Assembly: GCA_000004695.1 (NCBI GenBank)
Contig: CM000150.2
Coordinates: 1,376,001-1,440,000 of the forward strand
Reading direction: 5' to 3'
Length of the DNA: 64,000 nt
From: Dictyostelium discoideum
Taxonomy: Eukaryota
The translations under genes and the position numbers were made by a program. Positions 13,561 through 32,318 of this stretch are shown here, in pieces; within the stretch, counting starts at the first letter, position 1, and every line of letters begins with the position of its first letter. The notes beneath the pieces were generated by a model, which did no database searches, was not told where the DNA came from, and saw only the letters and a program-made list of their open reading frames with translations.

Positions 13561-14311
13561 GGCCACCAAACCCTTAGAAAGTACCCTCCAAGTTCAACTT
13601 TTTCAATTTTTTCCCACTTTTTTTCATATTTTTCAAAGAAAAAAATAATGAAAAAAATTAATAAAAAAAACCAATAAATATAAATAAATATTCATTTTAA
13701 TTACCAAACAATCTAATTATTATTTTTATTTGTAGTTTTTAAAAAAAAAACCGTTAAAAAACTTTATTGGTTTTTTCTTAATTTTATTTTTTTTTTTTTT
13801 TGAATTGAGTTTTGGAGGGTTAATAAAATAAAGTTAAGGTTTTCATTTAAAGTTTAAATTTTTTATTTTTTATTTTTTTATTTTTTTTTACATTATTTAT
13901 TTATACAATTATATTTTTATTTTTATTAATACAATTTTATTTTTATTTTAACAAGTAGATATTCATCGTCATTGTAACAAATGTCAGAATCATATATTTA
14001 TTTCATTTTGTACACAAACTAATTTTCATTTATTTTCAAATAAATTGATAACCCAATTGCCATTTCATTAAAGTTATTGAAAAATAAAAACAAAAAATAA
14101 AAATAAAAATAAAAAATGAAAAATAAAAATAAAAAATAAATTAATAATCTTTGTTTTATTTTTATAATCTTAATATTATTATTTTTATTATTTAAAAAAA
14201 AAAAAAAAGGAAAAAAAAAAAAAAAAAAAAATTTGTGAGTATGTGGGGAAAGTGTTTTATTAATTTCATAATTATTTTTATGTGTTGTTCAACTGGGGTT
14301 TCCAAACACAA

Positions 14312-14343
<32 letters not shown>

Positions 14344-15481
14344 AAAAAAAAAAATCCCAAAACTTAGATAATTATTATTATTATTTTTATCATTTTTTTT
14401 TATTTAATCTCGATTTCAAAATTTAAATTGATAAATATTGGGGGTGTTTAAAAAAAATTCATTGTTTTTTTTTTACCTTTTTATTTTTTTATATAGTTTA
14501 AAAAATTATATCAAAAAAAAAAAGAGGTTGGGAAATATATTATTCATTTAAATTTAATTAAATTTTTTTTTTTTTTTTTTTTTTTATTTTCTAACTTTTT
14601 TAAATTTTGTTTTGTTATTTAATTGGAAGTTTTTTTTTTTTTTTTTCTTTTTTTTTTTTTGTTTATTTGTATTAAATTGAAAAAAAGAAACAAAAAAAAG
14701 ATAAATAAAAAAAAAAAGTTTTTATTAATTTCCCAAAAAAAAAATAATAATAATAATAAAATAATAAATATAATAAATACCAATTTTTACTAATTCCAAA
14801 AACTATATTTAAAAAAAAAAAAAAAAGTTTAGAAAAGAAAAAAAATGAGAAGATCCACAATTAGCACCTCAACTCCTTCACAATCTCAAACCCAAACCTC
14901 TCAAAATAATTCTGACAAAGAAAAGGGAAAAGTTAAAGAAGCCAACTAAATAGTATATGGATTCAAATAAATAAAAAAATAAAAAAAAGAAAAAAAAAAA
15001 AAATAATATAATAAAGCTATTTAATTGTTGTAACAAATTTGACTGTGTTAATTATTTTATTTTATTTTTGGATTTGTTATAATTTTTTTTATTTTTTTTA
15101 TTTTATTTTTTATTCTTTTTTATTTAATTTTTTAATAAAAAAATAAAAAAAAATATAATAAATAATTAAACAACGTTTCATTTGATATTTTTTATGAATC
15201 AAAAAATAAAAATTAAAAAAATAAAAAAAAAATAAAATAATTAAAAAAAAAAATAAAACGCTGTGCAAAATTTTTTTTTTTTGATGACATGTGAGATTTT
15301 AACAATTTTTTTTTATTTTTTTTTTTTTTTATTTTTTTTTTTTAGTCGTTGCCTTTTTTTTTTATTATTATAATAAAATAAAAAAAAAAAAAAAAAATAT
15401 CCAGAGTGTGGTCCACAAAACATATTTAAAATAAAAATTTAAAAAATAAAAAATAAAATAAAAAAAAAAAAAAAAAAAAAA

Positions 15482-17242
<1,761 letters not shown>

Positions 17243-17386
17243 TAAATAAAAAAAATAAAAAATAAAAAAAACTAAAAAATAGAAATTAAAGGAATAAGTC
17301 CTGTTTTTTTTTTTTTTTTTTTATTATTTAATTATTTATTAAATAATTTAATATATGTGTGTGGCGTTTTTATTTTTTTTTTTTTT

Positions 17387-17942
17387 TTATTTTGGTAAAT
17401 ATTTTTCAATTAAATCATGAACTTGTTTTAATTCAAATTCATTTGATGAATGATCTAAATTTGTAATTGAAATGAATTGTGAATTTTTAATACCAACTTT
17501 TAAATAAGATTTATGTGATAATTCACCCCATTTACAATTGACAACTTTATCATCAGTACCATGAAACATTGTCAATGGTATATCTTTATTTTCAGGTTTA
17601 ATCTTTGATGGTAATGATAATGATGGTGAGAAACCACTCAATGTAATTAATGCTGCAAGTTTATGTTTAGATTGGTAACCTGTGTATAATGTAAGTGCAC
17701 CACCTTGTGAAAATCCACTTAAAATTATACGTTCTGCTGGTATACCATTCTTTATTTCTTCTTCAATTAAGGCTTCAACTAGTTTCATACTCTTTTCTAA
17801 TCCAATTAAATCTTCTTCTGATCCTGGATAAAATGCTGTTACATTACACCATGCTGTACCTTTATTTCCAAAATTAATTGAAATTGGAATTGTTGGTCTG
17901 GTGTCAAGAAAATTAAAAAAAATAAAAAAATAAAAAAATTAA

Positions 17943-17989
<47 letters not shown>

Positions 17990-18274
17990 ATATTATTTAT
18001 ATTTATAATTTTATATTAAACATACGCAGTTGGTAAAACAAATTTAATATGATCAAGACCACCCATTGATATTATATTTTCCATTCTTGTTTCCCATCCT
18101 TTACCAGTATCCATTAAACCATGTAAAAAGATTACTAAATTTAGTAAGGTATAAAAAAAAAGAGGGTTAGAAAAAAATAAATAAATACTTTTATTTTTAT
18201 TTTTTATTTTTTATATTTTTTATACCTGTTGCTGTGTGTGTTGATTTTGATTTAATTTCAATTAAATTTGACAT
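17387..18274 (-). CDS. Acyl-protein thioesterase / lysophospholipase (LYPLA1/APT1-like alpha/beta hydrolase). Proposed structure is complement(join(17387..17897,18026..18134,18226..18274)).
   Basis: There are three exons with GTATAA and GTATGT donors and TTTAG/CCAG acceptors. The spliced protein MSNLIEIKSKSTHTATVIFLHGLMDTGKGWETRMENIISMGGLDHIKFVLPTAPTIPISINFGNKGTAWCN...[26 protein letters not shown]... aligns with human APT1 ([50 protein letters not shown], the GxSxG nucleophile, and FHGTDDKVV versus CHGDCDPLVP). Intron 1 contains an (AAAT)12 run. Confidence 0.75.
17938..17991. repeat. (AAAT)n microsatellite, about 12 copies, inside intron 1 of the APT1-like gene.
   Basis: Direct reading. Confidence 0.9.
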
Positions 18275-18692
18275 TATTACTATAATTATTAATAATTATG
18301 TATGTATTTTTATATTATAATTAAAAATTTGTATTTTTTTTTTTTTTTTGTAATTTTTTTTAATTTTTTTTAATTTTTTTTATAGTTTAATAGTTTTATT
18401 TTAATTTTTTTATTTTTATTTTTATTAAAAACTATTATAATTTGGGAAAAGTAAAAAAAATTACAAAAAAAAAAAAAAAACAGTTTGGGATTTTAATTAA
18501 AACACTTGACGTCTAAGATATTTATTTTAAAAAAAAAAATAAAAAAAATAATATATTTTTTTGAAAATTCATTTTAACATTTTATTAGACAAATAAAAAA
18601 AAAAAAAAAAAAAAATTAATTTGTTTTGTAGATATAGTTTTTTTTTTCTTTATTAATTATTTGTATTTAAAACAAATCTTATTTTGGCTGTT

Positions 18693-18751
<59 letters not shown>

Positions 18752-18863
18752 TGGGCTGGCAAAATTACATTCCCGAAATCTTCAATTTTCATTTTTTCAC
18801 ATTTTTACTTTTTTAATATTTTTTTTTCTTAATTTTTTTATTTTTTATATAAAAAAAAAAAAA

Positions 18864-21458
<2,595 letters not shown>

Positions 21459-22462
21459 ATTAAAATATTAAAATTAAAATAAATAGTTTTTATATTTGTT
21501 TTTTTATTTTATTTAACATCATCAACAATTATTAATTCTTATAAAATTTTATAAAAATTAATATTGGAATTTGAATTTAAAAAATATTTATTTGTTTTTT
21601 TTACTTATTTTTTTTTATTTTAAATTTTTCACACCTAATTTCATTTTTTTTTATTTTTTGAACATCTAAAAAAATGTTTAAAAATAATTTCTTTTTTTTT
21701 TTTTGTTTGATTTTATATTAAATTATACTTAATATAATAGTAATTCAATTAATTTATTATTTCTTACTTAAAAAAAAAAAAAAAAAACTTAAAAAAATGA
21801 TAATTTTTATGTTTCTTAAAAAAAAAAACAAGTCAAAGGTGTCTTGTTGGCAATTTTCCAAAATTAAAAAAAAAAAAAAAAAAAAAATCAATTCAATGAA
21901 GTTTTTGACAATAATTCTACAACTTTGAGAAAATGAAAATATTAAATAATAATATTAAATATTTAATATTAATTAATTATTGGAAAAAAAAAATAAAAAA
22001 TAAAAAATAAAATACAAATAAAAAAAAAAAATTAAAAAAAATTAAAAAAAAAATAAAACAAATAAAAAAAATAAAAAAATAAAAAAAACAAATAAAAAAT
22101 AAAATTAATAGCAACACACAAAGCAAAAAATAATAAATACAAAACAAATAGGCGATTTTGCCAGCTTTAATTTATTTTTATTTTTATTTTTTTTTTTTTT
22201 TTCTATTTTTTTTTTTTTTTTGTTTTTTTAATTTTTTTAAATTTTATTTTTTAATTTTTTAATTTTTTTTTTTTTTTTTATTTTTTTGAACTGACCAATA
22301 AATCAATATCTACCCAATTAATTAAAAAAAAAAAAATAAAAAAAATAAACAATAATAACAATAACAAAAAAAAAAAATATATATTATATGTTTTAAAAAT
22401 AAATCAATAATAGTAATAAATAATAAATACAACAGAACGAATATATATATATATATAAATAA

Positions 22463-23280
<818 letters not shown>

Positions 23281-23291
23281 ATATAAATTAA

Positions 23292-23341
<50 letters not shown>

Positions 23342-23545
23342 AAGAAAAAAAACAAACTATACATAATTCACTTTTTTTTTTTTTATTAAAATAAACAATA
23401 AATTAATAAAAAAAAAAAAAAAAAAAAAACTAATAATAATAATAATAATAATAATACATTATAATTAAACATTTTTTTGTTTTTTTTTTTTTTTTCACTT
23501 TATTTATATTTAATTTAAAAAATAATTATTTATTTATTTATTTAT

Positions 23546-24979
23546 TTATTTAGTTAATTGTTGTTGTTGTTGTTGACTAATTTTACAAATTGTTGGATAA
23601 TAATAACCATTTTTTTGAATTGATTGTACCATATCTACTAAAAGATATCTAAAAGCATATTGTTTTTGACAAAGCATTGGTAATTGAACATATTCAGATC
23701 TTGATTTTAATTTTTCAAAATTCCATTTATTCATAGTTGTATCAAAGAATTTCATAGTGAGTGAATCTTTATTTCTTTCAATTGAATCTTCAAATTGTTT
23801 AGTTGAATCACTTGTATCGATTTTATTACATGTTAAATCAACATAAATTAAAGTTGAAGAACATGATGATAATAATGATGGTGATAACTCTGTGAAACCA
23901 TTCATACCTATTGAACAATATTCTAAATCTAAATATTGTAATTTTGATGATTTTAATAATAATTTCTCTAAAATTTTTATACCACCACAATTTTCATCCC
24001 CTGACGATGACGATGACGATGACGATGAACCAATAAAATTATGACCAATTAATAAACTATTTAAATTTAAAACTTTTTTATAAAGTTTTCCATTATTATT
24101 TTCACCACATAATAAGTTTTCTAAACTTTTTTCAACCAATAAACAAGATCTTAAATTTAAAAATTCAATTTTACTTTTATTATTATTTTCATTGTCATCA
24201 TCATCATCTTTAAATATTGCTTCACCTAAAATTAATGAACCACCTGAATCAATTTTATTAACTGATAAATTTAAACATGATAAATGTGGATGAGATTTCC
24301 AATTCTTTAAAGTATCTTTAAATGCGCTAATTGATTGAACGGTTAATTCATTATCAGAGATATCCAATGCGACAAGGTTTGGAAAATTGGTTAAAACACG
24401 ATTTACTAATTGCATTTTTGGATCACGTTTCTCTAATTCCATTTTACCAATATCTAAATGTTGTAAAGAATCAGAGAATTTCTTTTGTGTACCATTGAAA
24501 ATATCTAATAATAAATCAACATCTAATGAAAGATTATTTCTAAAACTTAAATATCTTATTCTTGAAAATTTAACAATTGTACGTTGAATATGATAAAATC
24601 CTAATGGAGTTTGTTGTTGTGCCTGTTGTGCTTGTAATTGTGCTGAATTTAATGTTGGTGATTTATTATTCTTTGATGTTGATGATGTTGTTGGACTACG
24701 TGGAGATTGTAACATTGTTGTTGGTTTATTAAAATTAATTCGAATTGATACATTTTTACAAATTAAATCACTCCATAATTTACAAATGAATCTAAAATCT
24801 GATATATTCTCATGATATTCATCACTAATAATACTAAAAATATTAATTAATATTATATTTGGTAATGATTCTATAGTTTTCTTTGGTTGTTTTTTATTTG
24901 ATTTTTTATTTGATTTTGATGTTGATTTTGATGATGTTTCATTTTCTTTTTTATTACTTTTTTTAAAAAATATTGACAT
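23546..24979 (-). CDS. F-box-like / leucine-rich-repeat protein (477 aa).
   Basis: The N-terminal LPNIILINIFSII....FICKLWSDLI resembles an F-box, and the middle is LRR-like (NLVALDISDNELTVQSISAF..LSCLNLSVNKIDSGGSLILG, LQYLDLEYCSIGMNGF). Confidence 0.55.
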   Translation of the reverse strand: MSIFFKKSNKKENETSSKSTSKSNKKSNKKQPKKTIESLPNIILINIFSIISDEYHENISDFRFICKLWSDLICKNVSIRINFNKPTTMLQSPRSPTTSSTSKNNKSPTLNSAQLQAQQAQQQTPLGFYHIQRTIVKFSRIRYLSFRNNLSLDVDLLLDIFNGTQKKFSDSLQHLDIGKMELEKRDPKMQLVNRVLTNFPNLVALDISDNELTVQSISAFKDTLKNWKSHPHLSCLNLSVNKIDSGGSLILGEAIFKDDDDDNENNNKSKIEFLNLRSCLLVEKSLENLLCGENNNGKLYKKVLNLNSLLIGHNFIGSSSSSSSSSGDENCGGIKILEKLLLKSSKLQYLDLEYCSIGMNGFTELSPSLLSSCSSTLIYVDLTCNKIDTSDSTKQFEDSIERNKDSLTMKFFDTTMNKWNFEKLKSRSEYVQLPMLCQKQYAFRYLLVDMVQSIQKNGYYYPTICKISQQQQQQLTK

Positions 24980-25029
24980 TTTTTATTTTTTTATTTATTA
25001 TTATTACTATTGTTTTTTAAAAGATTATT

Positions 25030-25068
<39 letters not shown>

Positions 25069-26242
25069 TTTAATTAATAATGTAATGTATTTTTTTTTTT
25101 TTATTTTTTTTTTTTCAATTAATTAATTTAAAATAATTAAATCCAAAAAAAAAAAAAAAAAAAATTAAAATTAAAATTAAAATAATAAATTAAAAAATAA
25201 TTATAAATAAATATTATTAATTTAAAATGGGTGTGTTAAATGTTTCACACAACTGCTTTGGTGGATTTGATTTTTTTTTTTTTTTTTTTTTTTTTTTCTT
25301 GTCAATGATTTTTTTTTTTTTAATTTTATTTTATTTAAAATTTTTTTTTTTTTTTTTTTTCTAATCACTGATTTGTATATTAAAATTAATTTAGAAGGAA
25401 GATTTAAAATATCTAAACAATCAATGAAAAAAAAAAAAAAAAAACAATTAAAAAAAAAAAAGAAAAACTCGAACCCCTAGGTTTCTCTCCATCTTACAAA
25501 AATTTTATTTTATTTTAATTTTTAATTTTTTTTTTTTTCATTTTTTTTTTTCATTTTTTTTTTTTTTCATTTGCAGATTTTCTTTCTGAAATGATATGAA
25601 AGCACGATTTTTACATTTATTGATTTTTATTTTTCATTTGAAAATTATATTGTTTTCCTTTTTTTATTGGTTTAAAATGTTTATAGCTGGGTAACTTTTT
25701 AAAATAATAAGAAAAACTGTTTGCATTTCGCTTCAATCTATTGGTACTTTTTTATCATTAAGTTTTAGACTATTTTTTTTAATCCTTTATAAAAAAAAAA
25801 AAATAAAAAAAAATAATTGAATTATATAATCCTTTGGAATATAAAAATAATTGAATTATATAACAGTATATAAATATTATGAATTAAAATTTATATTACT
25901 TTGGTATAAGAATAAAATTATTATTACCAGTCCCCAATTATAAAAAAAAAAAAAAATAAAAAAAAAATAAAAAAAAATAAAAAAAAAACTCCTCCCAGAA
26001 TTTAAATATGTTTTGGCAGATTATCAAATACTTTTCATCATATATTCTACTAGAGAAATGAACAAATAATTCCATTTTGATCTCCATTACAATTCCACAC
26101 AATTCCATTCACACAATCTCTAAAAAAGATTGCCTTTTCTATATTCACTAGATAAAATATTAAAAATACATATCCTATATTAATTAAATTTTATAAATTA
26201 ATAATTATTAAATAAAGTTTAAAAAATTATTTACAATTATAC

Positions 26243-26282
<40 letters not shown>

Positions 26283-26455
26283 AAACATTAAAAAATAAAG
26301 TTTAATTAAAAGTGACCACTTGGTTTTTCACTGAATCTTTTTCATCAAATTTTTTTTAAAAAAACACGTTGTAACAAAATAAACAAATTATTTAAAATTT
26401 TTTTTTTTTTTTTTTTTTTAATTAGTATAAATAAAATAGAAAAATAAAATAACAA

Positions 26456-28546
<2,091 letters not shown>

Positions 28547-28966
28547 AAAATAAAAAAAAAATAAATAAATAATAAAATAATAAATAAAAATAATTGTAAA
28601 TAAAAAAAAATAAAAATAAAATTTTTTTATATCATTGTCCAATACCCCCAACAAAAAATAAAAAAAAAAAAAAAACTCACCCCCAAACAACACTAAGAAA
28701 TACAAAAAAAACTAAAAAAAACACTAAAAAATTAATTTTTATCATTTTTGTTTTTTTAAATCTTGCTGGTATTGAATGAGTTCGATTCAACACTCTTAAA
28801 ATAATAAGTATATTAATAAAAAAACAAATAATTTTTATTTTTGTTTTTATTTTTTTTTATTTTTTTATTTTTTTTTTTCTTTTCATATCAGTTCATTTTT
28901 TATTATTATTTTTTTTTTTTTCTTTTTTTTTTTTTTTCATTACTCAAACACTATTAAAATAATATA

Positions 28967-29045
28967 ATGGATAAAAAAAATTATATTTTCTCAGAGAAAA
29001 AGGATGGACAAATTTTTAAAGTTATTGACAAATCAAAAGTATTTA

Positions 29046-29107
<62 letters not shown>

Positions 29108-29659
29108 AATTTTCTTTTTTCTTTTTAAAAATATAGAGTTATGATTGCAAAGAAGTAACATTACAAGGTTATAATAATGTAAAGAACACTGACTATAAAG
29201 AATATCTGATATTAGGTGGTCAAGATTTTGAAAAAGTAATTATTTTTTTAAAAAAAAATAAAAAAAAAAAAACTAATTTTTTGAGGAAAAAAAAAAAAAA
29301 AGACTTATAGAGTTATAGAATATTATTCAAATAAAGAAGATATTAAAAATCAAATTAAATTTATTGAAAAAAAATCTGAATTTGATTCTTTATGGTATAA
29401 AGATTTTAAAGTTGAAAAAAAATCCATAGATGAATGTAGTAATGAAAAAAGTAACATTTTTTTAACTCCAATGGATCAATTTAATTTTAAATCAATAATT
29501 GAATCAAATAATCTTCAACAGGATCTTTATTTGAAAGCAATATTTCATTTAATATTGGGTGCATATGATATTGGAGAAAATGGACCAAATGATTCAATGT
29601 TTATATCATATTTAAATTATTCTTTTGAAAATCTTTACCTAATCTCTTCATCATCATCA

Positions 29660-29694
<35 letters not shown>

Positions 29695-30820
29695 TTATGA
29701 TTTTAAATTAACATACCCATTTATAAATATTCAACCAGATCCCAGTACTACAAATAATAAATCAAATCCATTTTTTAAATCAATTGTCAATTATATTGAT
29801 TTTAAATTTTCTGATACTATTTTAAATGATATCATTATTAAATTGAATGTATGTATTTTTAAATTTTAATATTAACATTTTTAATTTTTATTTTTATAAA
29901 ATTTAATAATTAATATTTTAATAAATTAAATAACAAAAAAAAAAAAAGAATCAAGATCTTTCAAGAATTCATTTTTTATTTGTAATTAAAAAAATAATTA
30001 AAATTATTATTAAAGAGAAAGATAGATTATTAGAAAAATTTCCAAATTCAAATTTAGATGTATACTTTGAACAATTTGAAGCATCAATTTTATTTGATGA
30101 ACAAAAAAGTTTTAAAATGAATTTACCAAATAAAATTGATCCATTCAAAACAATTAAAATTTCAAGTTTTAAAAAGACCTATAAATCTGACACTGGATTA
30201 CTTTATATAATTAATATTAAAGAAAAGGTAATTATTATATTTTATTTTATTTTATTTTTTTTTTTTTTTAAAATAATTAATATTAATTATTAATAATAGG
30301 AATATGGTGTTGAAATTTACCAAGAAAGTCAAATTAAAGTTCTTGATATTGAAATTAATGGTAAAAAAAGCCAACCAATGTGGGAAAATAATCATTTAAA
30401 ATACTTTGATTATTGTAGAGATAAGGATAAAAAATTAGTTTATATAATTTATGAACTTCCAACCAACTTTAACTATAGCAAATGTTATAATGGTTTTTCA
30501 AATAATAATCTAAGTAAAGATAAAAAAGATAAACTTTTTTATAGATTAATTGAAAATCATATATCAAATTTTGATATAACTGAAAATAATGTTAAAAAAT
30601 CTTTTAGAGATATTGAAACTTTAAAAAATTGTATGTATACATAATATAAAAAATTAAATTAATTTTAATTTTCAAAAAATAAAAATTAGTTTTTACCATA
30701 TTAATCCCCTTTTTTTTTATTTTAGATTCTTTAAATTTAATAATTTCAAATGAAGAGAAATTATTTTATTCATACTCTGTAAATATATTAGTTATTAATT
30801 ACTAATTAAAATTTTTTACT

Positions 30821-30868
<48 letters not shown>

Positions 30869-31302
30869 AATTTTAGTTTAATATGAAATCAAATAGTAAT
30901 TTTATTGATTCAATATATGATATTGGTAAATGGGTTTATGGAAAAAATAGTGAAGAGATTAATCAATTACAATGTATAAAATTATTACAACATTTATTAT
31001 CATATAATAATATTCAATTAATTCATCATCAATTAAAATTTTCATTCTCAAACATATACAATCTTATTAGAAAGAATTTATCTGGTTTCAAAAAATTAAT
31101 TCCAAAATTTAAAAATAAATTACAAAACAAACATATTAAATATTCAATAATTAAAATTGATGAAGATTATTACTATATAAAAAATTTATCATCTCCATTT
31201 GAAAATCATAATGATTTTTATAAAACAATAATTTTAACTTTAGAGAAAACAATTACTGGAGAGGTAAGTTATAAATAATAATAATAATAATAAATAATAA
31301 TA

Positions 31303-31339
<37 letters not shown>

Positions 31340-32062
31340 GTAATAATAATAATAATAATAATAAAATTAAAAATAATTTTAATCACTAATTGAAATTTTA
31401 ATTAGAAATTAATTTGTTTTAGAAATCAAAATAATAGTCAATTATTTGGAAGTTCTTCAATAGAATTAAAAAATTTACCTGGTAGTGCTATTCAATGTTC
31501 AAATATAAAACCACCAATTTTCACAGTAAAGGATTCAAATACATCATTTACATTATTTGAATATCACCAAGTAATTACTTTAAATCGTTTTATTTTAGAG
31601 TATGTAAAGTTTATGTATTACATTATATATTGAAGATATTAAAATTAATTAATTCTTTCTTTCTATATATATATATTTTAGATTTGGTCATTTATCTTTT
31701 TTAAAATCTTTGCTTTTATATTTTAAAACATTGAATGAAACTCGTAGTAATGAAATGGTTTTAATCAATTTATCAGTAATCTTTGGATTTGAATGTGACT
31801 CTTATTTACTTTTTGATATTAGAGAATTTGCAGAGAAATATTTTAATATTTTTTATGGATGGGTAAATAATAGTATTAAAATAAAAAAATAAAAAAATAA
31901 TAGTTTAAAATAATTCTAATTTTCTTTTAATGGTTAATTTTAAAATAGGAGGAATTAGTTTTAAATTCTCCAGCATTAATTAAACAATTTCTTATTTTTA
32001 ATGATTCAACTATTGAACAAGATAATTTGACTTTAGATTTTTATGAACAAATTTATAGTTAA
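28967..32062 (+). CDS. Multi-exon hypothetical protein gene (at least 8 short exons). The track ORFs 29471..29869, 30378..30644, 30883..31278 and 31710..31892 are exon-containing pieces. Exact junctions were not resolved.
   Basis: A series of same-strand ORF segments is separated by 80-110 bp AT-rich gaps, each with GTAAGT/GTATGT-type donors and T-rich..TTTAG/ATAG acceptors (for example 29039, 29236, 29870, 30229, 30640, 31261, 31602, 31868). The first ATG is at 28967 and the final stop at about 32060. Confidence 0.4.
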
Positions 32063-32094
32063 AAAAAAAAAAAAAAAAAAAAAAAATAATAATA

Positions 32095-32162
32095 ACACAA
32101 ATACAAATACAAATACAAATACAAATACAAATACAAATACAAATACAAATACAAATACAAAT
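32095..32162. repeat. (ACAAAT)n hexanucleotide microsatellite, about 11 copies.
   Basis: Perfect ACAAAT iterations immediately 3' of the multi-exon gene. Confidence 0.9.
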
Positions 32163-32318
32163 TTATTCTTTCTCTATTTTTATTTTTAATTACCTTAAAA
32201 CTTAAAACAAATAAAATAATTAATTTTTTTAAAAAATAAAAAATAATAATAATAAATTAAATAGTTTTAAATATATATAATTTTTGTTTTTACATTTATT
32301 TTATTAATATATTAATTT

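Noticed and set aside
14845-14949. A 34-codon ATG ORF (MRRSTISTSTPSQSQTQTSQNNSDKEKGKVKEAN) about 530 bp upstream of the 15482 gene, considered as a possible upstream exon or small protein.
   Set aside because: It is too short, has no donor site in phase with 15482 and no family similarity, and there is no way to support it from sequence alone.
25440-25500. tRNA-like fragment AAAAACTCGAACCCCTAGGTTTCTCTCC. The reverse complement contains GGGGTTCGAGTT, resembling a T-arm.
   Set aside because: Only about 30 nt of non-AT sequence is present, with no acceptor-stem partner, no complementary CCCC after the TPsiC-loop and no D/anticodon arms. No credible tRNA, rRNA or snRNA gene was found anywhere in the window by eye.
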